Origin: Octopus sinensis
Lineage: Eukaryota
Direction of reading: 5' to 3'
Assembly: GCF_006345805.1 (NCBI RefSeq)
Contig: NC_042998.1
Span: 176,266,001 to 176,330,000, forward strand
DNA length: 64,000 nt
Numbering within the stretch: the stretch's first letter is position 1; every line of letters begins with the position of its first letter. Under the pieces are notes generated by a model that did no database searches, was not told the origin of the DNA, and saw only the letters and a list, made by a program, of their open reading frames with translations. The translations under genes were made by a program, and so were the position numbers. Positions 47,488-61,290 of the stretch are shown here, piece by piece.

Positions 47488-48702
47488 TGATTCCACTATC
47501 TCGTCTGGTCTCTTCTTAAAGATTATATGAGGGAAATACACTACGACTTTGAAAGTAGGAAACCATTGGTAGAGAAAAATTCATTTCAGATTTCCAGCTC
47601 CACTGCATTAAATACAATACTACTTCAGCAATGCCATTTTTAAGCATTAGAAATATGCCTAAGTAAATAAGTCATTGACATTTCTTCATCTCTCTACTTT
47701 CATTCACCCAAAAATAAATTCATCCTCCCCTGGGTTAACCAGTCACCAGTTTAAGAAGCACTGGCTTACACTACGTAAGGATTCGGATTAGTTCGAATAT
47801 ATTTTGTAGTCGGTTATCTTCGCTCCAGCACCTCCAGTATGTAAGCCGACTTTCCTTTGTCCCCCTTCTAATACCCTATAGATCAATCTCCCTCTTTTCA
47901 TAACATCGATGACGTCATAACAAGCCTAAACGGATTAGGTTGACTTTTTTTGTTCAACATTAACCAAAGATTCTTATTTCAGCTGTAAGACTATAAGAAA
48001 CCCATCTTTGTTGTTTTCAAGAATGTTTATCGTCAAACTGCAAACGTTTACGCTTGCTAGTTATAAATACAGCCAAATATCTCAATTAAAGAAATTATTT
48101 CATTATTTCTTATTTTGGCTTTTATTCAAAAATTTCTTGTCACTATTTTTGCGTTTTGCAATTTTTCCTGTTAATCCTTCTTTTCCAAATATAATCCATC
48201 GTAAGGAGGCTTAATGTCAGATATATTTAACGATGTTATACTTTTATTTTGAATAGGTGAATGTTAGGATTACGTTGACATTCAATTGCTAAATTTCTGA
48301 TGTAGCCTGAATTATTCTCAAATATATTTTTTATAAAGCATTTCTCTCGATGACTATCTCTAATGACAGAAAATTTTAAATAATAGGGTCGCATACTAAA
48401 TACGCATAGAGTAGAATCTCATGTATGTAAGGTCGATTAACTGAGATTAAGTATGAAGAAAATATGTAAAGTGTCCCTGGAGGGAGTTTCTGCCCGCTAA
48501 TTGCATAGATGTTTTCTGTCAGTCGTTGCTTTTAAACTCACTAAATAACATACGAGAAAGCCTACCGAATGTGTATTTAGAATGCAGAACACTCTCATGG
48601 GATATTAGCATTCAACCATACAGTTGACATTCATAATTAGTATTGCTACATTCCCTCCATGTCCCTCTCTCCCACCTCTCTCTCTTTCTTCTCTCTCTCT
48701 AC

Positions 48703-48752
<50 letters not shown>

Positions 48753-48837
48753 GATTGATTGATTCTAGTTTCAGCTCACGAGCTGTGGCCATGCTGGGGC
48801 ACCGCCATTTATATATATATATATATTATATATATAT

Positions 48838-49066
48838 ATTCTTTTATTCTTTTTACTCTTTTAGTCATTTAACTGCGGCCATGCTGGAGCATCACCTTTA
48901 GTCGAACAATTCGACCCCAGGACTTATTCTTTATAAGCCTAGTACTTATTCTATCGGTCGCTTTTGCCAAACCGCTAAGTTACGGGGACGTAGACACGCC
49001 AACATTGGTTGTCAATTGATGGTAGGGCTGAGTCCAACACAAACATATACATACACTTGTATATAT
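48838..49066 (-). mobile_element. SINE family A, 3' half
   Basis: Tail and body, cut at the Gypsy junction. Confidence 0.85.
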
Positions 49067-49067
49067 A

Positions 49068-50435
49068 CGTTTCTCTCGTTGGCTTGAAGCTATTCCAATA
49101 GTGGACATTTCCGCTGAGTCAGTTGCTCGAGCTTTCGTTTCTAACTGGATTGCTCGTTTTAGTGTCCCTGCTAAAATAACCACTGATCGTGGATGCCAGT
49201 TCGAAGCTTCCTTATTTCGTGAATTGTCACGAATCCTAGGCGTTCATCAAATTCGTAAGACCAGTTACCATCCAGCTTCCAACGGGATGGTCGAACGTTT
49301 TCACGGGCAACTGAAGGCTGCTCTACGCGCCACTCCTGATCCACACTCTTGAACAGAATTATTGCCTATCGTTCTTCTTGGTTGTCGCACTGCTGTTAAA
49401 GCAGACTTAGGTTTCTCCTCTGCTGAACTCCTTTACAGTACCATCCTGGCACTCCCTGGTACAATGTTGGCGCCAGACAATTCACTGCATCCTTATACAA
49501 CGTCGTATGTCACCAGACTTCGCTCGTATTTCTCAAGTCTTCCACCTATGCATCCGCGTGACCAGTCTATTCCCTCTCACGTCCCACCGGACATTGACAA
49601 ATGAACTCATGTTTTTGTTCGGGATGATTGTGTCAAAGGACCTCTCGTTTCTCCTTGTAAAGGACCATTTCGTGTGCTATCACGCACGCCCAAAACTTTT
49701 AGTCTCGACACCAATGGTCGGGCAGAGACCGTGTCGGTCGACAGACTTAAAAGGGCACATATTGAGATGTCCACACCCTTCGATGACACCCAGCCACGCC
49801 CACTTTTGATCCTTTACAACCACCTGCACATGCACCTGTGACCGCACCATCACCTACACCTCCACCTTCGTCGCTACTACCTAGCACGAATAAACCCTAT
49901 GACACCAGGACAGGCCGCACTGTGCATTGGCCCCCAAAACTTACCAGAACTATTTACATCTAACCTTTTTTTTCCCTGTGACAGACAATTGTTTTCTCGT
50001 GTGCTGAACAATTCCAATACCTTGCCATTAACGTTGTCAAAAATTTTGTGCATGTACCTTTTATATTGCTTGTAATTATTCTTCTCAACTTATCACATTT
50101 TGTATTATATTTTGTACCACATCTTGTTTGCGATCGGTGGCCGTCTTGTTTTCTTGTGCCTGCTCCAGTCATTCTAATTTTGCACTTGCGTTCTCGGGGG
50201 GGGGGGCCCTTGTAGCGTGGCACAAGTAGCCAGCGCCATTTTGTACGAGATCTCGCTGGCATCCATTATCTTGTCCGAGGCAAGAGCGAGATCTCGCGTA
50301 CAACCGTTGCCATGCGCGACACCACAACGCGGCTCTCCTCGAGAACGGCTATTTATGCAGGTAGGAAAGACGTTCAACCTCTTAGTCTTCTCCAGCTCGC
50401 TTACGCTGAGGGTCACTACGAAGCAGGCAGCTACA
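49068..50435 (+). mobile_element. Gypsy LTR retrotransposon 3' remnant: integrase core and C-terminus, PPT, 3' LTR
   Basis: FSRWLEAIP...ITTDRGCQF...YHPASNGMVERFHGQLK...KGPFRVL...VSVDRLKRAH; G-rich PPT 50196-50206; LTR TGTAGC(50211)...GCTACA(50435). Confidence 0.9.
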
Positions 50436-50514
50436 GCGGACTCTAATCCACTCTAACCACATATGTTATTCTCCAGAGGCAATGTACCTCACTTGAGTGG
50501 GGATACCACAAGCC

Positions 50515-50787
50515 ATGTAGATGGAAATTGAAAGAAGCCCGTCGTTTCCATGTATGTATATATATATATGTATATGCATGTGTGTGTGTATATATTTGTG
50601 TGTCTGTGTTTGTCCCCCAACATTGCTTGACAACCGATGGTGGTGTGTTTATGTCTCCGTAAATTAGCGGTTCGGCAAAAGAGACCGATAGAATAAGTAC
50701 TAGGCTTCCAAAGAATAAGTCCTGGGGTCGATTTGCTCGACTAAAGGTGGTGACTGAAACATGTAAAAGAGTAAAAGAGATATTAAA
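50515..50787 (+). mobile_element. SINE family A, headless
   Basis: Central domain to gtaaaagagtaaaagag tail. Confidence 0.85.
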
Positions 50788-50982
50788 GATTTGGACTTAC
50801 AACATTTCGAACTCTATCAAGTGAACATGATGAAGAGACAGGTAGAGTTCCCCTGGTTGAAGAATTTTTACTTCCGACAACCATGCAAAACTTCAGCATC
50901 CTCTTGTTCTCAGGCACTATGTTTCACTATTAAGTGGGTAATTCAATTCCCCTCAAACTGCATGCTGTTCTCGGTTATAGAT

Positions 50983-51203
50983 CTATTTCTTTATTGCCCA
51001 CAGGAGGCTAAACATAGAGGGGACAAACAAGGACAGACAAAGTGATTAAGTCGATTACATCGACCCCAGTACCTAACTGGTACTTATTTAATCGACCCCG
51101 AAAGGATGAAAGGCGAAGTCGACCTCGACTCACAACGTAACGGCACCCGAAATCCCGTTAGGCATTCCGACCGGCGTGCTAACGATTCTGCCGGCTATCG
51201 CCA
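50983..51203 (-). mobile_element. SINE family B
   Basis: Tail, CORE-like domain and diverged head. Confidence 0.85.
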
Positions 51204-52431
51204 TTCCCTTCTGTTCAGAGCAAGATGTTTCCTATAAGCAGATGTTGCTGGGATTAAGGCTGTTATTGCGACGTCACAAAAGATATTATTTTGGTTTGTG
51301 GTGAGAATACTTTCCCCGAACGAATTCTCTATACAGTTAGTTATAGTTTTGGAAGCCTGGAATCACGAAGACGAATGACGTGACCAACGCATCGCATATG
51401 GTTCTCAACGAAATGTGCTTTAATACTGATACATGTCGCCTTTCTCCATACATTTGTGTCACGTGTAAAAGATTCCTTGATATAAAAGTACCAAGTTTTT
51501 TTTCTATAATTTCTATTTTTCTTTCTTTAAAGCCATTTCTTCATATGTGTGTGTGCATGAATATATGTATGTATCTAAATGCGTCTGTGTGTATGCATTT
51601 ATTGATTATTTTTCTATTTTCTATTTATTTACATTTGTTGGTTATTTTTATTAATTTGAAAAGAGTCTATAATGCAACGTAAACACTCATCCAAAGTAGG
51701 ATGGAGTTCCGCGAATGAACGGAAACGGATGTGCTCACCTGCATGCGAAATACTCAAATATAAAATATATATGTATACGTGCATATAAATGTGTGTCTGT
51801 ATGTTTGTGCATGTGTGTTTGGTGTGCGTGTTTGCCTATGTGTCACGTGTGTGTTTTTGCGTGTATGTATGTATGTGTGTGTGTGATGTTAGTGGTAGTG
51901 GTGTTAGTGGTGGTGGTGGTGGTGGTGATGGTGTGTGTGTGTGTGTCTACTGTGATTGGATTTGCATGTGTCAAAGCGACAGTCCCTGATACTGCTAGTA
52001 TAATCGTGTTTATATACCGGTCTTACAACCAGAGTTGTTACTTAAGTTTCATGTTTAGCAGGTGCAAATGTATCTCTGAGAGATAACACACGCTGACTGC
52101 CATTCATCATTGCGCAGCCATATTGAGCTTGTCTGATGAATGGAAACCAGCATGTGTTATCTCTGTTGGAGATACATTTGTATTTAGTGAAAATGAAGCA
52201 TAATTAAAAAGTGTAGTCTTTAAGATCACCGCGCGCGTGTGTGTGTGTGCGTGCATATAAATATAGTACGTATATACACACACATACATATGCATTGTCG
52301 TATATTTATAAGTATACATTTATTTACACACACACACGTACGAACACATACACACACGTGTTCTTTATATGATATAGAACAGAACTTAATATAGTGATTA
52401 TACATATATTTATCTTACGTGTGTATGTGTG

Positions 52432-52476
<45 letters not shown>

Positions 52477-52654
52477 ATGTCGATATATATGCATGTATAT
52501 ATGTTTATACATACGTATGTGTGTATATTTGACGTATCGTGTTCTATATTAGATAATGTCCGCACAATATAAAATATATATTTATATATTTTACAATTCG
52601 TACATTACGATATATATTTGAGTAAATTTCTACCTGTTGCGGGGTGTACAAAGA

Positions 52655-52790
52655 TGTGTGGCCTAGTGGTTAGGGCGTTAGATTCACGATCATAAGGTCG
52701 AAGTTTCAATTCACAGAGCAGGTCTTGTGTTTGAGAACACACTTGATTTTACATTACTCCAGTCCACTCAACTAAAAATTTGTACCAACA
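52655..52790 (+). mobile_element. tRNA-derived SINE head (family C-related), diverged
   Basis: tggcctagtggttaggg...gtttcaattc. Confidence 0.6.
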
Positions 52791-52957
52791 ACATACGGGA
52801 ATTGACTCTGTGCGAACAGGCGACCATATGGAAACCGAAATAAGATTTGGTGTAATGAACCAGTAGGCTTGTGACAATCCTATTTACCTCATACACGCAC
52901 ACATACATACATACATTCATACATACATACATGCATACGTGCATACATGCATGCATG

Positions 52958-52988
<31 letters not shown>

Positions 52989-53282
52989 GCAAGATAGAGA
53001 CATGTAAGTGTCATATACACCTGTAACCAGAGTGACAACTTTTTCCACAACAACGATATGAACACTAGCGAATCAATTCGGGACCCTCTGTATGGTCATA
53101 TCACCTACTAGAAATAGCAACCACACATCCTTTCGCCATCTTATCATATTGTTTTGAAAACGATAGCTAAGACTATTTTGAAAAATACCGTATCATATAC
53201 GCGATAGTCATAACTGGAGAGCTTTTAATTATAAGTCTGCACACACAAGGCCGGCCTAAAATTAAACAACAGCAACAGCAGT

Positions 53283-53460
53283 GGAGGCGCAATGGCCCAG
53301 TGGTTAGGGCAGCGTACTCGCGGTCGTAAGAACGCGGTTTCGATTCCCAGACCGGGCATTGTGAGTGTTTATTGAGCAAAAACATCTAAGCTCCACGAGG
53401 CTCCGGCGGGGTGTGGTGGTGAACCCCGCTGTACTCTTTCACCACACCTTTCTCTTCCTA
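53283..53460 (+). mobile_element. SINE family C, 5' part
   Basis: gcgcaatggcccagtggttagggcagc...ggtttcgattccc...gctgtactctttcaccac. Confidence 0.8.
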
Positions 53461-53794
53461 CCTCTGCCACAAAGCAGAGGAACCATGGTGTAACCCACTA
53501 TGGTGTGGTAAACTTTCAGATCCTAGTCTAGATTGCGAATCCTGTACCCCAGGATGGTTGGTTCAGCTCTCTACCCGTTAAAAGCCACCGTTTATGGAAT
53601 GAGGATAACAATGTAGCTTTCGCGTCCGTGCAACCGCCAGTCTATCGCGTGTGGTGGGTGAATCTTCAAGTTGCCACACGCATTCTTAGTAGCTTAGAGT
53701 AGGCTCGAATTAGAGATTATTCTTTGTGGCTAATGGCGTCAGTCCTTATTGGAAGAAGAAGATGAAGACAGCAACAGCAATAATCTTTTCTGCT

Positions 53795-53998
53795 ATAGGT
53801 ATAAAGTAGGTCGTTTGGGGGCAGGAGGATAGCCAATTACATTGACCTCAGTGCTTGACTGGATCCTATTTTATCGATGCCGAAAGGATGAAAGGCAAAG
53901 CCGACTCCAGCAGAATTTGAACTCAAAACGTAAAGACGGGTGGAATGCTGGTAAGCATTGTATCCGGCGCACTAACGATTTTGGTGGTTGGCCGCCTT
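53795..53998 (-). mobile_element. SINE family B variant, diverged
   Basis: gaaaggatgaaaggcaaag...gaatttgaactc...ggccgcct. Confidence 0.75.
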
Positions 53999-54019
53999 AA
54001 AAAACAAAAATATTGTAAC

Positions 54020-54414
54020 AGGCGCAGGAGTGGCTGTGTGGTAAGTAGCTTGCTTACCAATCACACGGTTCCGGGTTCAGTCCCACTGCGTGGCATCTTG
54101 GGCAAGTGTCTTCTGCTATAGCCTCGGACCGACCAATGCCATGTGAGTGGATTTGGTAGACGGAAACTGAAAGAAGTCTGTCGTATATATGTATATATGT
54201 GTGTGTATGTTTGTGTGTCTGTGTTTGTCCCCCTAGCATTGCTTGACAACCGATGCTGGTATGTTTACGTCCCCGTCACTTAGCAGTTCGGCAAAAGTGA
54301 CCGATAGAATAAGTACTGGGCTTACAAAGAATAAGTACCGGGGTCGATTTGCTCGACTAAAGGCAGTGCTCCAGCATGGCCGCAGTCAAACGACTGAAAC
54401 AAGTAAAAGAGATA
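54020..54414 (+). mobile_element. SINE family A, full length
   Basis: aggcgcaggagtggctgtgtgg...gactgaaacaagtaaaagag. Confidence 0.95.
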
Positions 54415-54936
54415 ACAAATGACAACGAAGCTACATCTTTCCTTCTTTACCACAACCACCAACAACACAAGCGAAAACAAGGTAACAGCGATAACAACAA
54501 TAGCAAATACAATACCAACAATCTCCATGACAAAAGCACATACATATTTAACAGCTCGCGGAGCTAAAGTTGAAACCTTGCTAATGCTACGTACAATGCA
54601 ATTATTGATGAGAAAGTAATCTACGGTGAATCGCAGTAAGAGTAATAAAGCAAAAGAAGCAAGCTGATTGCTCAGATTTAACACCAACGTTTTCATTGAT
54701 ATATATATATTGTTGTCTTACATTTGTCTTTGTACACATTTGTGTATTTATTTGTTGTATTCATCAGTACACCTAACGATTTTCAGATAGTATCAACATT
54801 GTCCAACACATTTGTCTGTATATGAGTGTGTGTATGCGTGTGTATGTGTGTATACATGCTCGAGTATGCACGTGTATCAGTGTACGAATATGTGTGTATA
54901 TATTGTATATATTTGAGTTTGTGTGTATGTATTGCA

Positions 54937-54989
<53 letters not shown>

Positions 54990-55455
54990 ATATATATATA
55001 TAATATATGAATATATTGCAAATAAACGTATCTATTTAATTCATTCCGTATGGTATTATAAATATTATAGATATTCATGCGTACACATATATACTCCCCT
55101 GACCCTACACATATATACATACATGCATACACATGCAAGCACACACACACACATGTATGTATGTATGCAAAAATTTGCGTATACGTATGTAGATCTGTGT
55201 GTATATGATGTGATCATCCTTGATTGGGTGATAGAATGATTAATGAATACATGTATTAATGAACGTATAAGTCTTTACTTATACATACATAGACACACGC
55301 GCACACACGCACATAAGCACACACATATATACATGCACAGGTTTATGTATACACAGTTGATGTTATATGCGCCATGTAAATGTATATCTTAATATAAAGA
55401 GCAACACGTACACATATATATGCATGTATGACTATAGGTATGAATGCTTGTATGT

Positions 55456-55512
<57 letters not shown>

Positions 55513-56022
55513 ACGCTCACTTTGTATGTGTGTGTGTGTCTGTGTGTCCGTGTGTGTATGGCCACATAATTTTCTATTTCATTAACATCAAATCTGTATG
55601 TCTTTTTACGTATTTTTCATATGCATGTATCTTTCTTTGTATGTATGCATATATATGTGTGTGTACGTGTACGAGTTTGATTGCCTGTGCACGTGCATCA
55701 TTGTGCTTCTTTGTGTGAGCAAGTGCATTCGTCAATGTCGAATGACAAAAGACCTTAAAATATCGGGACACTGACCTCGTTTTCATGATGATTACTTAGA
55801 TACGCTAAAACAGCGACTCACTAGCTTACTAAGTTGATATTATCTACGACTCAACTGTTCTCTTATCGAACGACAGTCAAAATTCGGTGACCCACCATTT
55901 TTGTTATATACACTGACTCAAGAAAATGAATACATATGTATGTATGTATGTATGTATGTATGTTTGTATGTATGTTTGTCTGTATGTATGTATGTATCTA
56001 TCTATCTATATATCTCTCACCC

Positions 56023-56069
<47 letters not shown>

Positions 56070-56343
56070 ATTCTTTTATCATTTGACTCATGGAACACCA
56101 CATTAGAGGATTTAGTTGACCAAATCGATCTCAAGACTTATTCTTTCTAAGCCTAACACTTATTCTATCGGTCTTGTTTGCCGAACCGATTGCTTACGGG
56201 GGCATAAGCACACCAACGTCGGTTGTTAATCGATGGTAAAGGGTGGGGGACAAACACAGACACAGACACATAAGACGGGCTTCTTCCAGTTTCCGTTTAC
56301 CAATTCCACTCAGAAGGGTTTGGTCGGCCCGAGACTTGTAGAA

Positions 56344-56346
<3 letters not shown>
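56070..56346 (-). mobile_element. SINE family A, diverged 3' part
   Basis: Body blocks recognisable. Confidence 0.7.
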
Positions 56347-56423
<77 letters not shown>

Positions 56424-56639
56424 ATATATATACACATACATATATATATATATTTAATGTGTACAAATAACAAGGAATAAATAAATAAATAGTTACCAGG
56501 GTAGCAAAAATTCACGTAAGTGCCAAAGATATTACACTCTATTGATTTGAATAACACCTGCATTTGACTCCATTTCTTAATTTATCCATATATATATATA
56601 TTACGATAAGAAAATGGAGGAAAACAACGAGAACTTAAA

Positions 56640-57900
56640 TAACAAATACTCAGGAATCTTTAAGAATAAAATTAGAGTAGGCCATAGCCTAACTAGTAAC
56701 CTAGCTACCATCGAACCCTCGATCAACAATAATAAATTAGATATCTTCTACGAAACTATGAAAAATAGCAACATAAAGCATAACAGGCTTTAGAATAAAT
56801 CTTATCCCTATTAACTCGCCCCCAAAGAACACGGACAACGACCTGATAAATAATAACCCCCTACAACACAACACAAGCACAGATAAACTGAATAATTTAT
56901 GTGGCTGCAGAGACAGAAATAAATGTCAATTCTCCAATAGGTATAAAACAGAAAAAAAAACGTAATATACCAATGCCATGTTCTCGCAAATAACCACGCG
57001 AAATCTTATATAGGAGCCACGAAAAACGAAGTGATACTTAGATGCAATTCCGACAAATCTAGTTTTAGAAATAGAAGTAAAGCAAACTCTACAGGACTTA
57101 GTAGCAACATTTGGGAATCAAAAGACAAAAAAAAAATCAACTATAGTTTAGAATGGCGTATCCTAGCCAAATCTTTCTCCTATAGCATTAACAATAAACG
57201 ATGTGAACTCTGTATAACAGAAAGACTACTCATTTTAATGGCCAAATCACCTCTACTCAATAGGAGATATGAAAATAAATTTTTTGTTTGCATAAAGGCT
57301 GATTTGTATACTAAGTTTCGCTAAACCCGTTCATTCCTGTATACACCACTATCTTCTAGCTTAAATGTTATTAGCAGACCTACCTATCAGATATTACCTC
57401 CCCTTAACCTATCTGCAACTAAACTAGCTTACGCATATCCAACCTACATTATAAATAAATAATTAATATCTACAATCTACGCTAGCCTACTCCAACCCAC
57501 ATTATCAATAAATAATTAATATACCACATCTACATTCTACGCTAGCCTACTTTTTACCTATAATTCATTTCAGTCGAGAACCACCAACTATTTTTACATG
57601 TTAAATTTCTCCTTTCTATCCTTTTCTTTTCTTTTTTTCTTTTTTGGGCACTCCTCAAACCTAAATATTATTCCGATACTTTGTCTATTTACACACTAAA
57701 TCGTACCGATGCTAGACATAAACGTTATCCTTATTTACGGCTTCCTTTGTAAATATATGAACTACCTACAACCTATAAGTTAGTGATACATAAGTCCTAA
57801 TAACCACACCGGATATCTCTAATTAGGGATAACTAGCCGAATAGGCAGAACGTGGAAGTCATTGCTAATAACTAACTACGAGACCTTAGATTCAACCAAC
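56640..57900 (+). mobile_element. Penelope-like element, 3' fragment (same family as 38580-41030)
   Basis: NKIRVGHSLTSNL...CGCRDRNKCQ...VIYQC...SYIGAT...NSTGLSSNIWE...CELCITERLLIL; frameshifts present; 3' limit approximate. Confidence 0.85.
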
Positions 57901-58064
57901 CTCTATTCTTCATCTACCTCACAATGGATTTAATGAACTTTGAGCCTAACTAAAATGTAAAACTTTCGAATCATTGAACATTTTCTTTTCCGGTTTCTCC
58001 CTCTATCTTTCGCTCTATTCTCCTCTTTGCCTATCTCTGCCTTCTCCGTTCTGATTATGTCTAT

Positions 58065-58990
58065 CATTTGCAACGGTTCAGATGAAGCATGTGTTAACTC
58101 CGCCATACCATCCGAGGTAAAATGGGTTAGCGGAAAGATTCGTCGACACATTCAAGAGAGCCTTAAGGAAGACCAGACGGGAAATCTTTGAATATACAAA
58201 TATGACAAAGTTTTTGCAGGTATATAGAATAACACCGAATCCAAATGCAGAGTCGGGTAGGTCACCCGCAGATTTGATGTTTTCCAGAAAAATTCATTCT
58301 ATTTTTGACAAATGTTTGTCCAGTAAGAAACAGAAAATAGAAAATTCGGGAAGAAAAACGAATTTTTTTAACATAGTTGACAAAGTGTATTTTAAAATCT
58401 ATAGTAACGGAAAACAAGACTGGGAACAAGGAAGTATAACTGGACGTCTGGGTAACGTGATGTACATGGTAAAAGGACCAAAATATGAACACAGAAGGCA
58501 TTTAAACCAATTTAAAAAAAAGATATACCAAAAACCAAGATAGGCGAGAAGAACCAATGGATTTATAGTATGATTTGTTCGAGGTCCCAGAACCACAAGC
58601 AAAAGCAGAACCCACACGTTGGTCGAACAGGAAGAGAAAAGTAACAGAAATGATGGAAATTAACGCTAAGAGTAAAAGATATGTCAGTTTCTCACCGAGG
58701 AAATAAAATTCATAAATTCGGGTTTAAAAACTCAAAAGGGGGAGGTGTTGTGTGGACGCCCCCAGACGATGAAGTAGGCTAGCCCAATACGTAGATATAT
58801 AGGGAGAAGCCTAGACATCGAGAGGAGTCGGGAAGAGTTGAGTAGAGGTAATCGGAACGTGCGACATAACACAGACCAAAGCATACTTCGTTCATGAGGG
58901 CCTTACAGTTGTTGAGTAACCATTTTGAACGGATGAGACATAAACAATCTGGAACAACCAATGACGGGAGATTCCATGGCAGGGGAGGCT
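58065..58990 (+). mobile_element. Gypsy LTR retrotransposon 3' remnant (integrase C-part, PPT, partial LTR)
   Basis: KHVLTPPYHPR*NGLAERFVDTFKRAL...YRITP...SPADLMFSRKI; PPT aaaaggggggagg then TGTTG at 58746. Confidence 0.85.
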
Positions 58991-59607
58991 CCATGTCAGG
59001 AACCATGTGGTTGGCAAGCAAGCTACTTACCACATAGCCACTCCTGCGCCTATATACACATAATTTTATTCCCGTGACACCATTAATTTACACCTCGCTG
59101 TATACCTGAGTGTAGCAACTCTCTGTGGATCATTGTTTTATTTATAATATTATTTAGTTTTAAGCCCCAAATGTTAACGCTTTTTTTTTACGTCTAGACA
59201 AACATGCTTTCGCCTTCTTCATGATATATGCAGACATTAGATAATTGTTATGGAAGAGAGGAATTTATTAATGAGCTCCATTTCCTTAATTCATATTCAA
59301 GAAAAATAAAGGTGGGTATCTGGTGTAAATTGAACTTACATGGTTTATTTAGTGCAGGTGTGAGCTTTAGTCGTTTACAATCGTTTACAATTTCTTCGTC
59401 TGAGCTGCATCTTAATAAGTCTGCCTAGACATAATTATTATGCTGCTGGTGTCCTAGCCTAGTTTAATGCTATATTTTATATACAGTGAGTGGCTGTGTT
59501 GGGACAAATTTATTACATATTTTTACTACACTTGTATTCTTTTACGTTTGTCTGCGTGCGCATCTGAAAACGTGCACACATGGAAGCACATACACTGATT
59601 TATATAT

Positions 59608-59847
59608 ATTCTTTTACTTGTTTCAGTCATTTGACTGCGGCCATGCTGGAGCACCGCCTTTTGTCAAAGCAGATCGACCCCAGAGTTTAATCTCTGTAAG
59701 CCTAGTACTTATTCTATCGGTCACTTTTTTGCCGAATCGCTAAGTTACGGGGACATAAACACACCAGCATCGGTTGTCAAGTGATGTTGGGGGTACAAAC
59801 ACAGACACAAAGCACACACACACTCACACACACAGACACACACACAC

Positions 59848-59911
<64 letters not shown>

Positions 59912-60074
59912 GACGGGCTTCTTTCAGTTTCCGTCTACCAAATCTACTCATAAGGCTTTGGTCTGCCTGAGGCTATAGTGGAAGACAGTCGCCCAAGGTG
60001 CCACGCAGTGGGACTGAACCCATGACCATGTAGTTGGTAAGCAAGCTACTTACCACACAGCCACTCCTGCGCCT
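59608..60074 (-). mobile_element. SINE family A, full length
   Basis: Complete, with expanded internal (CA)/(TA) tract. Confidence 0.95.
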
Positions 60075-60554
60075 ATATGTGTGTGTGTGTGTGTGTATGT
60101 GTGTGCGTGTCTGTGCGCGTGTATGTATATGTATATGCATAACTATATATGTACAGCACGCACGCGGGCACAAGTCCTCTATACAAGAAAACAAACATGC
60201 ACCCACACTTGTGCTACAGATAATAGCAAGATAACGATTGCTGTTTCGTTAACCTACTTGCTGACAGATATCATGTAAATCCTCTTGCTGCAGGGATCTG
60301 TAGCCCTATAGAGTTAACTAGTGTCTGTTTATCATGTGATAAGTCCAGAACATATCATAGGGTTAGGGTCACCTTGTGGTGGAATATACGTACAAGGCTT
60401 GTCTATATGAAAATGAATTCTGTAATTGTGCCGTAATGGGCAAGGGAACTCACTACACACACAAACTCGTGGCGCTCACATATATTTTTCATATATGTGT
60501 GCGCGTGATTATATTGTTGTACGTGCTGTACAGTTTTTCAGTAGCTCAAATGCT

Positions 60555-60710
60555 CTTCTTTCGTCACAACGTTCTCTCACTCTTCTTCTGTTGGCCTGCT
60601 CGCTTAGCCAGCGGGGTGTCGTCGTTTGAAGTCTAAAACAATGCGAAGCGCATTGTGACCAGCGATGTGTAGCAACATCTGATAGCCTGGTCGGTCACGT
60701 GATCACGTGA
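60555..60710 (+). mobile_element. SINE family C, 3' part
   Basis: Matches 2567-2709. Confidence 0.75.
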
Positions 60711-61026
60711 TATATATATATATATGTTGTATTATATATATGTATATATATATATGTATATATATGTATATATATATGTATATATATATGTATATACATA
60801 TTATAATATATGTATATATGTATATATATAATATGTATATGTATATATATATGTATATATTATGTATATATGTATATATATTATGTATATATATATGTAT
60901 ATATATATGTATATATATATATATGTATATATATATATGTATATATATATATATGTATATAATATATATATATGGATATATATATATTATGTATATATAT
61001 ATATATATATGGATATATATATGTAC

Positions 61027-61065
<39 letters not shown>

Positions 61066-61290
61066 TGGATAAATAACTATAATAACGATATAATTCACCG
61101 ACCAGAAGTCTAGATATAGTTATGGTATACAGTTATATACTAAATGTAGTATGGTATATTCTGTTAAGAACGTAGTAGAGTACAGTATAAAATTTGTCCA
61201 CCTTCAGATGTATCCTGTGGTATCCAGTAGTAGTGTTATACATACTTCCAGGTTTGCGTTTGGGTATCTGTCGTCTCTGAATAGATAAAT

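Noticed and set aside
53283-53360. tRNA-like sequences (also 17193, 52655, 54020)
   Set aside because: They are SINE heads with A/B boxes continuing into SINE bodies, not complete cloverleaf tRNA genes.
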